Of a stretch of 64,000 bases of DNA, positions 12,561 to 25,460 are shown piece after piece. This stretch comes from Felis catus (Eukaryota), in contig NC_058368.1 of NCBI RefSeq assembly GCF_018350175.1, positions 119,290,001-119,354,000 on the forward strand. Direction: 5' to 3'. The translations under genes were made by a program, and so were the position numbers. Numbering within the stretch: position 1 is the first letter of the stretch; every line of letters starts with the position of its first letter. The notes beneath the pieces are model-generated. The model did no database searches, was not told the DNA's origin, and saw nothing but the letters and a program-made list of their open reading frames with translations.

Positions 12561-13239
12561 TGAGGCCACTTGGACACTGTAGCCCAGGTCCTATCTGGCT
12601 ACAGCTGTGTGAGAGAATCAAAGCCAGAATAACAGAAAAACCATAGAGCCAAGTCCTAGTCAGCCCTCAGAATCACACACAATAGTCAAGTGCTATGTTA
12701 AATCACTGAATTCGGGGGCATTTATTATGTGGCAATAAAGAAACAAAACTCAATGGCTTCCATTTTATAAGTACAAGTGATCTTTGTTGACAGTGGATCT
12801 AGGTGTTGCTCAGGGATTCACCTGAGCCTGAACCAGGGATCCCGGTGCGTCCGTACACATACCTCCCAGACATCTATTTCATGGGGACAAAGACAGCTGT
12901 AAAAGAAAATGTTTATGTGCAGGTGCCTGGATATGGGTAGATCGGGCAGTGACCCTTCTTCCTTAGGCAGGCCTCACAGCACATGTCTGAGTCCTGCGCA
13001 GTCTATTTTGTCCATTTCTGGGTGGAACCCAGGGCAGGGTTGCTAGCACTTCCCGGTGAGCATGGACATGGACCCCCCCTCCCCAGCCTTGACGGGAGAC
13101 AGGGCAAAGGTCAGAGTGCTGTGCTTACTAGTCCAAGAAGTTTGCATCCCCATGCTCCTGGGCTCTCCTTTATCCTCAGAACAGCTGTCATTCTGTTGTT
13201 TTTTTACCTCCTTGTTCTTCCTAATTCTTCCTTCTAGGA

Positions 13240-13385
13240 AAAGTAACCGAACCTCTCTAAACCACATTTTGTCTTTAAAATGGGGAGAATGGTAATATCT
13301 ACTGTAAGAATTAAATAAGACAATTCCCATGAAGCACTTACAGTACTTAGCATATAAGTAAAGATTCAATAGTTGTTGAATATTC
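13240..13385 (+). mobile_element. MIR fragment
   Basis: aacctctctaaacc...taaaatgggga...taagaattaaataaga...agcacttacagtacttagcata. Confidence 0.7.
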
Positions 13386-14199
13386 TACTTGGAAAACTCT
13401 AATAGATTTGAAAGCAATTAGCTAAAAGCTGGCTATAGTGTCCTTCTAAAAGATAATGACCCTTGGTTAGGCACAGGATTAAAATGATTAAGAAGTGTAT
13501 TGGTGGGTAGATCAGTCATTATTCTGTGCTTTTGTAAACCTCTTCACAAGATGACCCCGAAAAAGCTAGCAGGAGAGGCAGAGAGCATGAGATAGTCAAC
13601 AAATACTTCGTGAAAACCTACAAGTGGTAGACACTGGAAATACAGCAATGGGCAAGACGAGCGATATCTTCCTCTTGGAAGTTATAAGGAGAGAGAAATG
13701 CAAATATTAAAGCAACAACTATCCAAATAATTACCACTTGCTAGACGCTCCAAAATGCCCAATGCCCACTTACTCCTTTGGGTAGCATTTTGTATCTTCC
13801 CAGCAGACTGCAGACCCAGGAACCAGACTGAATTGTTGTTGTTGTTGTTTTAAACAATAACAACAACCACAAACACCTCACAACCAGGCCACTAACTATC
13901 ACTATTGAGTAGGCATTTCATTTTTGAGTCTCACTTTCCTTATTCGTAAGATTAGGGATGTTATAATAATTCCAGTCTCTAAGGGTTACTGGAGGGTTTG
14001 TTAACTGAGAGTGTACGCATACGCCCCCTCAATGCCTGGTTGGTCGTCTGTGCCCAGGAAATGTTAAATTTCCTTCCTTCTTCCATTTTAGGTACATATG
14101 AAACTTTGCACAGGGCCGGTGTGAGTATCACTCTTGGAGAAAGAGAAGATCAACAAGCATAACAATTGTTCACATATGCGACCTCTGTGCTATTTGACT

Positions 14200-14665
14200 G
14201 AGATAACTGGGTACATTAACAGATTTGTGGGGTTTTTTTTGTTTGTTTTTTAAGCACTGTCACTGAAAACATTGTTTTATTATACTTTAAGCCAGCTGCT
14301 AATGAGAAACAAACCGAAACCAAAACCATTTCATTTAAGCAGCAGCAGGCTAAACTTTGCCTTGTCATCCAATAAAAGGCTGTCCCCCGGTGAGGAGGAA
14401 GAGCATAGAAGGCATATGCCAGTGTGGGTGTCTGTGTGACTGATGAGGAGTTGACGCTGGAGATAGGGTACACGCACGTGGCAGTTTAACATCACCTAAG
14501 GGCCGATTGGCCTCTTTGTGAAAGGGAAACTCAGTAATTGTCAAATTGTGAACTTGGCAATTTGCAGTTTTTTTCTTAGCAAGAAGTTTGGTGAGTCAGC
14601 ATCTTATTAGGAAGTGATTTGTTTGCCTAATTTTGCCATGTTTCTATGACATGTTTGTCATGTTT
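14200..14665. promoter_or_regulatory. Candidate enhancer (non-repeat block with dense TF motifs)
   Basis: AACCGAAA IRF-type site (14312), CACGTG (14475), ATTGG (14506), GTGAGTCAGCA ARE/MARE consensus (14591-14601), AGGAAGT ETS (14609), ATGACA-N4-TGTCAT palindrome (14646-14661). Confidence 0.3.
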
Positions 14666-16452
14666 TTGACAATTTCAGAACAGATGGGTATTGTGGTCAA
14701 TACTGGCAAGATACTCATGAATCACAGAATTGGAAGGCTCCCAAATGATTCCTTCTAGCTCTTGTTAGCATTGGTTTGCTTACTTTGTAAATAGAGGTAC
14801 TCCCACACAATATTTTACTGTACTTTATTATACTTACAGGAAAGTTATTTTAATAATTTGGACTTTAGGGATCTAACTTTTGTTATCTTAAAACTCCCTT
14901 TGTTAGTTGCTACAGGCAAGTACAAAGGAGAAAAAAAGAAGTATCTTGTTTGACTTTGGCAATTTCATAGTTTCCTTCTTTAATTGGCTGAAACTGGCAA
15001 GAGTGTCTCCTCAAAATGTGCATTTTTTTTTTATCAATGAGTACTGGATACTTACTATAAGTAGCTATTTTAGGGAGGTTGACAGATAACTCCATGTTTC
15101 AGTCAGAGACTGTACTAATTTATAGCAGGCTATTGTTCAAGATGGTTGGCAGGAAAAAGGAAGAACTGACTAACACATGTCATTTTTTTTTCTTGGAAAA
15201 CAGTTTAAGATGATTTTAAGAATTGGGCTTATTAATATAGCCTAACATCAAAATATTCAGTCATGAAACCAAATAATGTGTGGATTGTATGTTTCTGTGG
15301 ACTTTAGGAATATCGAACCCAGATGTTGTTTGGAACGAACTGAAACTCAAAGAAGTGGTTCTTAACAGCTAAAGTTATATTAGATAAAGTACTTGAGATT
15401 TTCTACTATAATATCATATATCTTAACTAAATTCTTATTTCTTCTTATTACTTAAAAAAAAAGTGCCATGTAGGCTAAAGTCAATTTTGCCAGCTGGCAG
15501 GATCTCAGTAAACTCTATATTCTATAATTCTATCCATAAATTCTCACATGAAGATTTTCAGTTTTCAACATACAGATTTTTCAATCTTCAGTAGAAGACT
15601 ATTATTTTACCACTTGGCACTTGGAGAGACAGCCATCAAAGTTGTAATTGGTTTTATAATTTCATATTTCCTGTTCTATGTCCATGGGTAAACTGAGGCC
15701 CAAATTGTTGAGAAAGATTAGTTAAGATTTTTTGTTTACATGGATTTGGATCTTTTACTATAGTTTAAGTTTTGTAAGTTTATTGAATCATACTTTTCCA
15801 GAGAGTAACGTTTTCATTGTAATGCAGACCAAAGACCTTATGTTCTCATGGCCATTCAATTCTTCTTACAGATTCATAATTTAATAAACAATAAAATGTA
15901 AACTATTTGTGATGCAAAGAAGTGAATTTCTTGCTTTGAAAGATCACCAAAAAATCCACAACACCAGGCTTGATAGACTATTGCCTTTATGACTAGAAAT
16001 TGAATTTAGAAGCTTCAACAGTTTGACACTAAGTTGAACCTTGAAACATTCTCAGAGCATCTTAGAAGCAGCTGCAAAAAATATGTGAGCAGCTGAGTGC
16101 CTGAGCATTTGTTAATGACAAACAAATGGGTACATTAGGAAAGGCAAATAATTTCCCAAGTGCTTCAATATGGAAGGTTCTAAGGTGTTTTGAACTAATT
16201 ATTCTTCTTTGTCTGTCAATAAGCATTTTGGTGCATCTGGAATTATAGAAAATTATCACTGAGAAGCAGGACAAATTAAATAACTCTCTAGTTCATTCGG
16301 GCATTTTGAATTTGAAATATTTAAATATATGAGTATAATACCAATGTACCAGTGTAGAAAAAGTAAAGTCATTCAAATTGTAGAAAGACTGCTATAATTT
16401 TCTCAAGAGGGCATTCTGCATCAAAACTGGGTGAAACCTCTGGGTAATTCTT

Positions 16453-16665
16453 TTTTTTTTTTTTTTTAATTTTTAAAGGTTTATTTTGAAAGAGAAAGAG
16501 CATGAGCAGGGGAGGGGCAGAGAGAGACAGACACAGAATCTGAACCAGGTTCCAGGCTTTGAAGTGTCAGCACAGAGACAGATGTGGGGCTTGAACTCAT
16601 GAACTGAGAAAACATAACCTGAGCTGAAGTCAGATGTTTAACGAATTGAGCCACTTAGGCACCCC
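16453..16665 (-). mobile_element. Can-SINE (SINEC_Fc-like)
   Basis: Full SINE body with poly-T tail; TSD tgggtaattctt at 16441 and 16666. Confidence 0.95.
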
Positions 16666-17269
16666 TGGGTAATTCTTAATTAGAAGGGTTCCTGCCAATA
16701 TTATCATAGTTGAGGTAACTACTATTACTTTCTAAGAATTAGGGTTTACTTCCCCATAAAAGCAGAGCCATTGAGGTCTCCTGTATGGCCATGTAAAAAT
16801 GGACCAACTCCTTTAAAGTGTGTGAACATCTTAGGACAAAAATTACATTTAGTTTAATCAATGTCCCATTGCTTTATGGTCACGGACAAGTGACCACTAG
16901 TCTCTGAGCACTGACTTGAATTCTTGCACTAAATTCTCCTCTCCTAGGCACACAGTTATATTATGAAGGTGCCCAGCCCTGCCTTTGCTTGAACGTCATT
17001 TCAATCGGCTGCCCCCAATAGCGCTGGGACCTAACTTTTCTTCATGGATCATCTTGTCTTTTCAAATCATCTGAATCAGTTTCTTCAAGTTTCAAATTTC
17101 AAACCAGCAAACGTTTAGCATGGATCTTCTATGCCAGTAACTACATTAAACACACAAAGCTAGATAAAACCCTGGTCTCTGTACTTACAGTTCTGAAGGA
17201 ACTATCATGAAAACACCTAACTGCACTACACCATGTTGTAAGCGCAATCAGAGCTGACTGAAAGGATCA

Positions 17270-17465
17270 AAGTGAAAAACCAGGCTTGCATTTGGGCTCC
17301 ATCACTTACCAGCCTTCTGCCTGAACTCAATCACCTCCTATGTAAACCCACATACTCACATCACATGCCTTATAGGATTACTGTGAGGACAAATGAGATA
17401 AAAGAACAAAAGTTCTTATCGTGATGTTCAGTGTATGGGCACTGGTCATGAATGGTAAACTACTC
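17270..17465 (+). mobile_element. MIR
   Basis: ggctccatcacttaccagc...tgtaaa...ggattactgtgaggacaaatgagataaa. Confidence 0.6.
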
Positions 17466-18160
17466 TTCTTATACCCATGTAATACTTGTGCATTTACCAA
17501 AGTGCATTTGAGTATTAGAAAAATTTAAAGCTGGTAGAGCTGCATGTAGTTTAATGAGAGACACTTCTATCGGTTAGGGTCCAACTAGGAGAGAGAAAAC
17601 CACCAATTATTTGAACAGTAATAATCCAGGATAAAGAACTGTTCACTAGTTATAAAGTTGTCAACTACATAATCAAAACTATAAAAAGAAAAAACTTGAA
17701 AGTAGCAACTGCAGCTATCACCTCAGGGCTGAAGGTACAAAAGGAAGATGCGAGAAGGACTAAACTTAGAAGCATGGAAGGGGGCACCCAGAGCTGAAAC
17801 TGAGGCCTCCAAAGAGGGAGAACTGCCTAGTTTCCTCTGAGCTCTGAGGAGGCACTGGACAGGGCTGGAGTCAGACTGTGAGGGGGAAGACTTGGGGCTG
17901 GGGCTGATGTACTCATGGGGTGTACAACAAAACTGCTTCTCCATATGTAGGAAAGACTCCATATTGGATTCAGCTGCTGTCAATGGGAGGAACTACTGCT
18001 GCCGAGATTGCAAAGAGAATGTTACCTAGCTTCCTGGTTCTAGCTCTTTCTGGAACTAGCTGCATCTTTATCTGAGTTTTAAGTCAACTCCATGTCCTTA
18101 ACATAAACCCCCCATTCTTATTTAAGCCAACTAGAATTTCTATAACTTGGGGGAGAAGTC

Positions 18161-18361
18161 TTTTTTTTTTTTAATATTTATTGAGAGAGACGGCACAAAC
18201 AGAGGAGGGGCAGAAAGTGGAAGAGAGAGAGAATCCTAAGCAGGGTCCACACTGTCAGCATGGAGCTCAACGCAGGGATTGAATCCACAAACCCATAAGA
18301 TCATGACCCAAACTGAATTCAAGAGTCAGATGCTCAACTGACTGAGCCACCCAGGTGCCCC
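18161..18361 (-). mobile_element. Can-SINE
   Basis: ctgagccacccaggtgcccc head, GA tract, poly-T; imperfect TSD gagaagtctt/gagaaaatctt. Confidence 0.93.
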
Positions 18362-18470
18362 GAGAAAATCTTGATACAAATCTCGTGAATCAGAGAAGCA
18401 AAGTAATATTTTGCCTGCATGCAGTGTACTTCTTGCCATGCCACCAACCTCCACATGACCATGTATTTCA

Positions 18471-18671
18471 TTTAATTTTATTTTTTTAATGTTTATTTAT
18501 TTTTGAGAAAGAGAGAGAGAGCGGGAGAGGGGCAGAAAGAGGAGGAGACACAGAATCTGAAGTGGGCTCCAGGTTCCGAGCTGTCAGCACAGAGCCCGAC
18601 ATGGGGCTCAAACTCAAAGACTGTGAGATCATGACCTGGGCTGAAGTCTGATGCTTAACCAACTGAGCCAC
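18471..18671 (-). mobile_element. Can-SINE (SINEC_Fc-like, first ~10 nt missing)
   Basis: SINE body; imperfect TSD atgaccatgtattt/atgaccaagcattt. Confidence 0.93.
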
Positions 18672-19505
18672 TAATGACCAAGCATTTTAAAAATCCACAC
18701 TAAATGTTGTGATTAGCTCAGGGAACACAGGTTAAAGTTTTGCTCATATAAATCTGACATGGCCTGATATACTGTCTGTACACTTTAGTGGGAATTAATT
18801 GAGACAGATCCATAATTTTAGAATTATTTTCACTGCTTCTCTGTGTGTGCCATGCATAAAGAGGTATGCAGAACATTCACAGTAATTTGGAAAGAATGAC
18901 TCTGGATAACCTTTAGTTCTACCACATCCTTATAGAGCTAGTCAAAGGAAATCTGTAATTTTTTAAAGAGAATGTGAGCTCCCTTTAAAGCGAGTGACCT
19001 AATGAAATACATTCGTTTTGTATGCCAAGTTTTATGGTGTGGTTCATTTCAGCTAACACTGTGGTGTATCTAATGATCTTAGCACCATTATCATCAAATC
19101 TCTCTGGTGCCAAAAATGCTAGAAAAGCCCATTGCATATGCTGTAGTAGGATACGTCATGAATGTTCATCTGGAAATCAAATAGAAAACTAGTGGTATTT
19201 CCCTCTCCCATCAAGAACAATTATTTTGGATCATGTATTAGCCAGGATTTACAGTTCAACACAAAATCTGTTTTGCACTAAAATAATGGCAAGAGAAACC
19301 AGCAAACGATATGTGTGGAAAAATCAGCAAATTAGCAGCACAGAATACCTCAGTTAATGCTTTTCTGAAAAAGACTTGTCTCAATTGCAGGGTAGGCATA
19401 GATGAGGGATTGGGGGGGGGTCATGGAAAAATAAGTTTAAGCTCAACTAAAATCAAATACTTGGTCTTCACAACACCAAGATATATTTACTTATCTTATA
19501 TATAT

Positions 19506-19509
<4 letters not shown>

Positions 19510-19548
<39 letters not shown>

Positions 19549-19552
19549 TGTG
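19510..19552. repeat. (TG)n microsatellite
   Basis: Directly visible. Confidence 0.95.
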
Positions 19553-20224
19553 TTCTAACTTTGTCCTACAGCCACACATACACACTGTAAGTTCATCATA
19601 TTATTATCATATTATTTGTGCAGCACTGACTCATGCAATACATCCAGGCTCTTCTGAGATTTAATCTTCCTTGGATCTAGCCTTATAAAATCATACTTCA
19701 TTTCTATATGCCAAAGTGTTTGCAATGTATTCCTATTCCTTCTGTAATCCTATTACATTTCACCATACGATAGCATTTTTTAAGTATTTCATGGAAGAAT
19801 GGAAGTAGGACAGTAAAAAGTCTTTAGTTGGATATTGATGGGGGGGGGGGGCTCCTGATATTGTAAGTCTAAGTTGCACAAATAGTATGTAAGTCTAGAG
19901 GCAAAGAATTTGTGATGTTTGATTGTATTGGTTTGTGCCTGATCCCATGTGATACTGGAGCTTCTCCGAGGATTATGTATGTGCCTTTCTGTTTCTCTCA
20001 CTATATAACCCTCAATTCCAGGTCAGTTTGGTGCATAGCCTTAAAGTTATATTCTGAAAAGGTGGGTGCTTACAGCTCAGGGTTAATGAAGCAAGACTCA
20101 CAATTCTCCTTGATAGAGAAATGGAGCTAGGACTTAGAGAGTGGTGGGCTAATTCCATCAATTTTGAAAACAATAATGGACCAGACAGAAGAACTTAATA
20201 TAAAAATCAATATCTAATTTCAGT

Positions 20225-20455
20225 CAGGCATATACAATGTGCCAGGCAGTTATCGCTATTTCCTATGTATTGACTTATTTAGTCCATTCAAGAACTCTAT
20301 GCAGGAGTACTGTTATTATGACCACCTTCATATGAAGAAAGTTAAGGTCAGAGGGAGGAAAGTTTCCTGAGGTCATGCAATTTGTAAGAGCCAGAGACTG
20401 CATTCAAATCAAAGCAGTTGGATCTAGAGCCCACCTTCCTAAACTTGGACTCTAC
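20225..20455 (-). mobile_element. MIR
   Basis: aatgtgccaggca...aactctatgcaggagtactgttattatga...atgaagaaagttaaggtcagag...cctgaggtcatgca. Confidence 0.7.
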
Positions 20456-20804
20456 AGCTGCCCAAAGACCTCTTTAAAGTCCTGAACTGTTGCATGGGGA
20501 CTCTTAGGTCCTTATTGATTACAAGTTTGCTCCACTCTGTTAGAGCAGATTTGTTAATGCTATCACATCTCAGTTACCATCTACTTTATAGACCTTATCA
20601 TAATGGCAACGCGATAATTACTTGGATAATTACTTGTTTAATGCGTCTTTGTCCTGACAGACTACTATATATAATTAGCATAAGAGCAGAGACCAGATTT
20701 GTAAGTTCGCCCCTGCATCCCCAATCCCTAGGTCTGAATCTAACACATCAAAGGCATTCAAGAAATTATTATTGAATTTTTTTAAAAAAAGGATGATTAA
20801 CTAC

Positions 20805-21329
20805 TGTATTAATTACATGTTGCTGTATAACAAATTATCCTAAAACTTAGTGGCTTTAGATGACAAACATTTATTATCTTACAGCTCCTGAGTTTGGACT
20901 TCGAAAGTGACTTACCTGGATTGTTATGGCTCAAGGTCTCTCCCAAAGCTTCAGCTAAGATGGTAGTGGGGGTGGGGGTGGGGGCGCTGTCATGTGAGGG
21001 CCTGCTAGGGCTGGAGGGCCCATTTCTGAGATGTCTCACTGGCATGGTAGGAGGCCCCAGCTGCTTGCCATGCAGCTCTCTTCATAGATTTACTTCACAG
21101 AATGTCTTTACAATGTGGCAGCTATCTTCCCCAGAGTAAGCAATCAGACAGAAGGGGTGGAACAGGGAGTCACAATGCTTTTTATAACCTAGTCACACAG
21201 TGTCTGTTCCACCATATTCTACTCATTAGAAGCATGTCACTATGTCTAACCTACGTTCAAGAGGAAGGGAAGTATAGACTTCTCTCCTCTTGTAGACTGA
21301 CATTTGTAGACATATTGAAAACTACCGTA
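20805..21329 (-). mobile_element. MaLR solo LTR (MLT1F/G-like)
   Basis: tgtattaa...gctgtataacaaattatcctaaaacttagtggcttt...gcagctatcttccccagagtaagc...ccatattctactcattagaagc. Confidence 0.8.
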
Positions 21330-22312
21330 CCTTCTAACCTTATTTTACATAAGCAACATTTCAGCATGCAGGAATGGGGCTCCAGAAAGGAGAATCTTCT
21401 AGATGGAGAACAAATACAGAGCAAGGGTACACTGGAAGGGAAACAAGATTTGTTGGAGAACAGAAAGTATCCTAGATTAGAAGTTAGAGTAAGGATAGAG
21501 AAATATAGAGAAAGGGGAAATAAAATGGGCAGTGGGAAGAGAGCCTGAAAGGCTTTTCACTTTCAATAATGGACAAAGAAAAGCAGTTGAATGGCATGAC
21601 TAGAAAGGATGTTCTTTTAGGAATATTTACCTGGGAAAATAGAGTCAAGCATTGGAGACTGAAATCCAGAATCATTAGGAGACCATTATCTTTGCAGGAA
21701 GCTTTCTGGAACTTTAACTTGAACAGAACAGTGGGAGTAGGAAGTAGAGGACTGATATCACAGTGCTTGGTAATTAATTAAGAGAGGAGCCCAGAGGGAG
21801 TTGCCAAAGGTGACACAACATTTTGAGTCTGTGTGATGGTATGCTATTAATCAAACTGGAAGTAAAGAGTACCAGGGGACAGAGGTATGACTATTGTAAG
21901 CAGATTCCACAGGATCAGAAATAATCACAGGACACTGACTATTTATTTTCCTAGGAAGATAATGAGATTGGATTGGTTTGTTGACCTTGGGTTATGGTAG
22001 GGCATCCAAGAGGAAATACCAAGCAGGCAATCAAAATGTGAGTCTAGACTTCAGGGAAGAGCTTAGGTTTAAAGACCAGTCCTACTGTCCCCATAAGTGG
22101 ACAAACAAGGACATAGACAGCCTGGAGCCAACCATGATACTGGGAAGTGTCAAGAAAGAGACTTCTGCTACTTATTCATAACATAAATTCTGCAGATACA
22201 AAGGCTTCATGTTAATGGTATGACTCGTCTTTTTAAAACTCATTTGTCTTTGAAGGGTTATCCTGAGGAAAAAGTGCTCAGGCAGTGACTTCAGTTCTGG
22301 CTAGTGAGTCAC

Positions 22313-22786
22313 TGCATTACTTTTCTATACTGCTGCTGTCACAAAGCACCACAAATTTAGTGGCTTAAAACATCGACGATTTATTCTCTTATAGGTCTAG
22401 AGGTTAGAAGTCCAAAATAAGTTTCACCGGGCTAATGTCAAAGTGTCTCCAAGACTTGATTCTTCTGGAGGCTTTGCAAGGAGAATCTGTTTGTCTTTTC
22501 TAGCTTCTAGTAGCCACTATCCCATTCCTCTGTTCTCAGACCACATCACTCGAATCTCTGCTTCCATCCTCACATCATCTTCCCCTCTGACTTTGACTCC
22601 TCCAGTGTCCTTATAGGACTGTTGTGTTGACACTGGACCCACCTGGATGATCCAGGATAATCTCCTCATCTCAACTCCTTAATTTATTCACACAGGCAAA
22701 GTCATTTTGACCACATAAGGTAACATTTACAGGCTCTGGGGATTAGGACATAGACATATTTGGGAGACTGCTCTTCATCTACCACA
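22313..22786 (-). mobile_element. MaLR solo LTR (MLT1D-like) with intact 5-bp TSD
   Basis: TG...CA termini; caccacaaatttagtggcttaaaaca...gatccaggataatctcc...gattaggacatagacatatttggg; GTCAC direct repeats at 22308-22312 and 22787-22791. Confidence 0.9.
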
Positions 22787-24610
22787 GTCACCCAAATTCA
22801 GTTGGATCCAAATATACCCCATGTGCTTCCAAATCACAGATGTCCCCACTGAATACACACAACCAATGTGAAGTCTTTAAACATTCCTTCTTCCACCCTC
22901 TCAACTTCATAGGGTTTTATGTTGGGTTTTCTCATCAACATTATTATCATCACTCTGAAAAGGGCTTTGGTACCATCACAGAACTTCATGGTCTAAAAGG
23001 ACCTCACATTTCATCAAGTCAAGCATCAGTTGAATATTTATTGCTTTTGGTCTTCAGGCCTGGAGATGGAAAGTGAAGCGCTTGAATTTACTTCTCAGTT
23101 TCTCACTCAATTTGTCTTCCTTATTGCCATTGATTCCCTGGCAACTCACTCCGCCCACAGTTTCTCTTTCTTCAGCTAAGAGTATGCCTCAAGAATTGTC
23201 AATTTGATATATTCAAGATCCCAATCAGAGCAAAAGATATAAGTTTCCAACTATGATTAGGCTAGATAAAATTTGAAGTCTCTTCAGACACTCAGTTTCT
23301 AGTATACTGTTAAAGATTTTCTCAAAATGATATTGATACCAACTCCAATGTAATATAAACTTGCATAATTTTTCACTAGAAATTATTTCACTTTAAAGAA
23401 ATCACTGAACTGTAAATCACTGTATCACTTCTCACTACTGAACTAAGGTTGCTAGAATTTTTCAAACTCCTATCACGTACTTTGTGAGTAACTTGCAGGG
23501 ATACCTATGTTTAGACATCAGAAGTGTGGTAGAAAGAACTATGATTTAAGGCCAGAGGAATCTGGATTCAAATTTTAACAATGCAGCCAAGCTGCAGGAA
23601 AGTATGTTAATTTCTCCAAAATGGAGAAATGAGAATATTAACACACACATACAAGGACTGGGGGGAATTAGATACAACAATGATATAAAGTACCTAGCCC
23701 TGCTTGGCACACAGTAGACACTCAATAAACACTAATCTCAGCATTTCAAGTAGTGTTTATCTTCTACTATGTGCCAGGAAATGGCATGGCTCCAACCCTT
23801 TACTCCCTCTCTTCAGACTCATCACCCTCTAAAGAATAGAAGCAAACAGACCCTAACTTTACATTCAAGATCTTTGTTAATTGGGTTAATGTCCCTAATA
23901 AGAGATAACGAGTAGCAAATATATTAATGATTAGCAGATTCATATTTATAATATAAAGGATAATTATTCATTAACTTCCATAGGCTCTATGTTTAGTGAT
24001 GGCTGCTATTATGTAAAATTATAAAATATAAGGAACAAAAGTAATGGTCACACATGACTGGCATATTCAGGCAGCCAATATTAACTGAAAGAGCCAAATA
24101 TTAAGTTAGAAATTAATTAAAAATTAAAATTCATTCTTTTGTATTTTTATAAATAAATATGTCACAATTTTCAGCAACCCTATTATCAAGTTTGCCTTCC
24201 TTATTTATGACTGAAACAAATTTAAAAAATCAGATTTTAAAACATGACTTTAATTTTTTAGTTTCTTAGTCTTTAAACTTTCTCAAATATCTTGTGTTCT
24301 ATATAGGGAGAGAAAAGTTACACTGTTAAGTTTCAGAGTAGATTGTTGTTCTATTCTGAGCCTGAATAGCAAATACGTTTGAAGTATATTCTCATACAAG
24401 GAATATATACTGTTTTGATATTTCTCAAGTTTACCTCTGCATCCTTAGATTCCTTATTGGCAATATCTTATCTGAAACTTACAACAAAGGTTATAAATTG
24501 AGCAGAGATACAAAAATTAACTCTCTACCCATTCCTTTGGATTTTATTTTTTCTATAATCATGAAATTATTTTGCCTAGTACCATAGACAGACCTCTTTT
24601 AGAAAAAAAA

Positions 24611-24650
24611 ATATATATAGAGAGAGAGAGAGAGTGTAAGAGAGAGAATG

Positions 24651-24696
<46 letters not shown>
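24611..24696. repeat. Compound (TA)n(GA)n microsatellite
   Basis: Directly visible. Confidence 0.95.
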
Positions 24697-24700
<4 letters not shown>

Positions 24701-25460
24701 CGGTCCATATAGTATTTCGCATTACGAATGATCAATTTCTACCTCAACTTGGTTAGTTGGAAGATAATCCAAAGTTCACTCACTGATTAAAAAACAAAAC
24801 AAAACAGGGCACATTCAGAAGCTCCTTATGTAGCAAAATGTACTGAATATAGATCAATGGACATGGAACCAAGGATATGGAGGCTTGAGTCTTCATCAAT
24901 CTAGTGTCATGGTTAAATTTCATTTAACTTGAGTGCTCATTTATTATCCCTTCCAGAATTAGTATGACTCTTAACACCTCAATTAAATTTCAACTCATGA
25001 TGTTAATGGGGTACTTTTAATAATAAAGAAATTCTGGATAAATAAAAGTCAAAGGCAGAAGTTTAAAAGGTTAATTACAGGAGGAATGTAAACTCATTGA
25101 AACATCAGTTCAAGCCAAGTAAGTTTGTAAATTTGTTAAATTCATCTCAATTCAGAAAAGAGTACTGGGAAAATTTGGCTACTTATATTATGTTTGCTTG
25201 TCAAGACCAAAAGGTTTTTCCTTCATCTAAGCCATAGCTTTCTAGTGACTTCCAGTGGCATGTAGCTAGCATGGCTGTTCATTTGCTGTGTATCCTCTCA
25301 TGGAGATGTTGTTAACCATAAACTACTAAGTGTGGCTTAACATTCTCAGTAATACAGGCTTTGGGACTATTATGACACTACCCATGATAAAGATAGGCAG
25401 GAGTATCATTTATCTCCACATTTTTCCTTCCAATAATTTGAGTCAAATATTTTCTATTAA

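Noticed and set aside
18985..19170. Protein-looking minus frame RILLQHMQWAFLAFLAPERFDDNGAKII after an acceptor-like tttccag
   Set aside because: In-frame stop just after the acceptor, no recognisable family, no clear donor.
21102..21548. 148-aa ORF
   Set aside because: First half lies in an MLT1 LTR and the rest is purine-rich filler; no domain.
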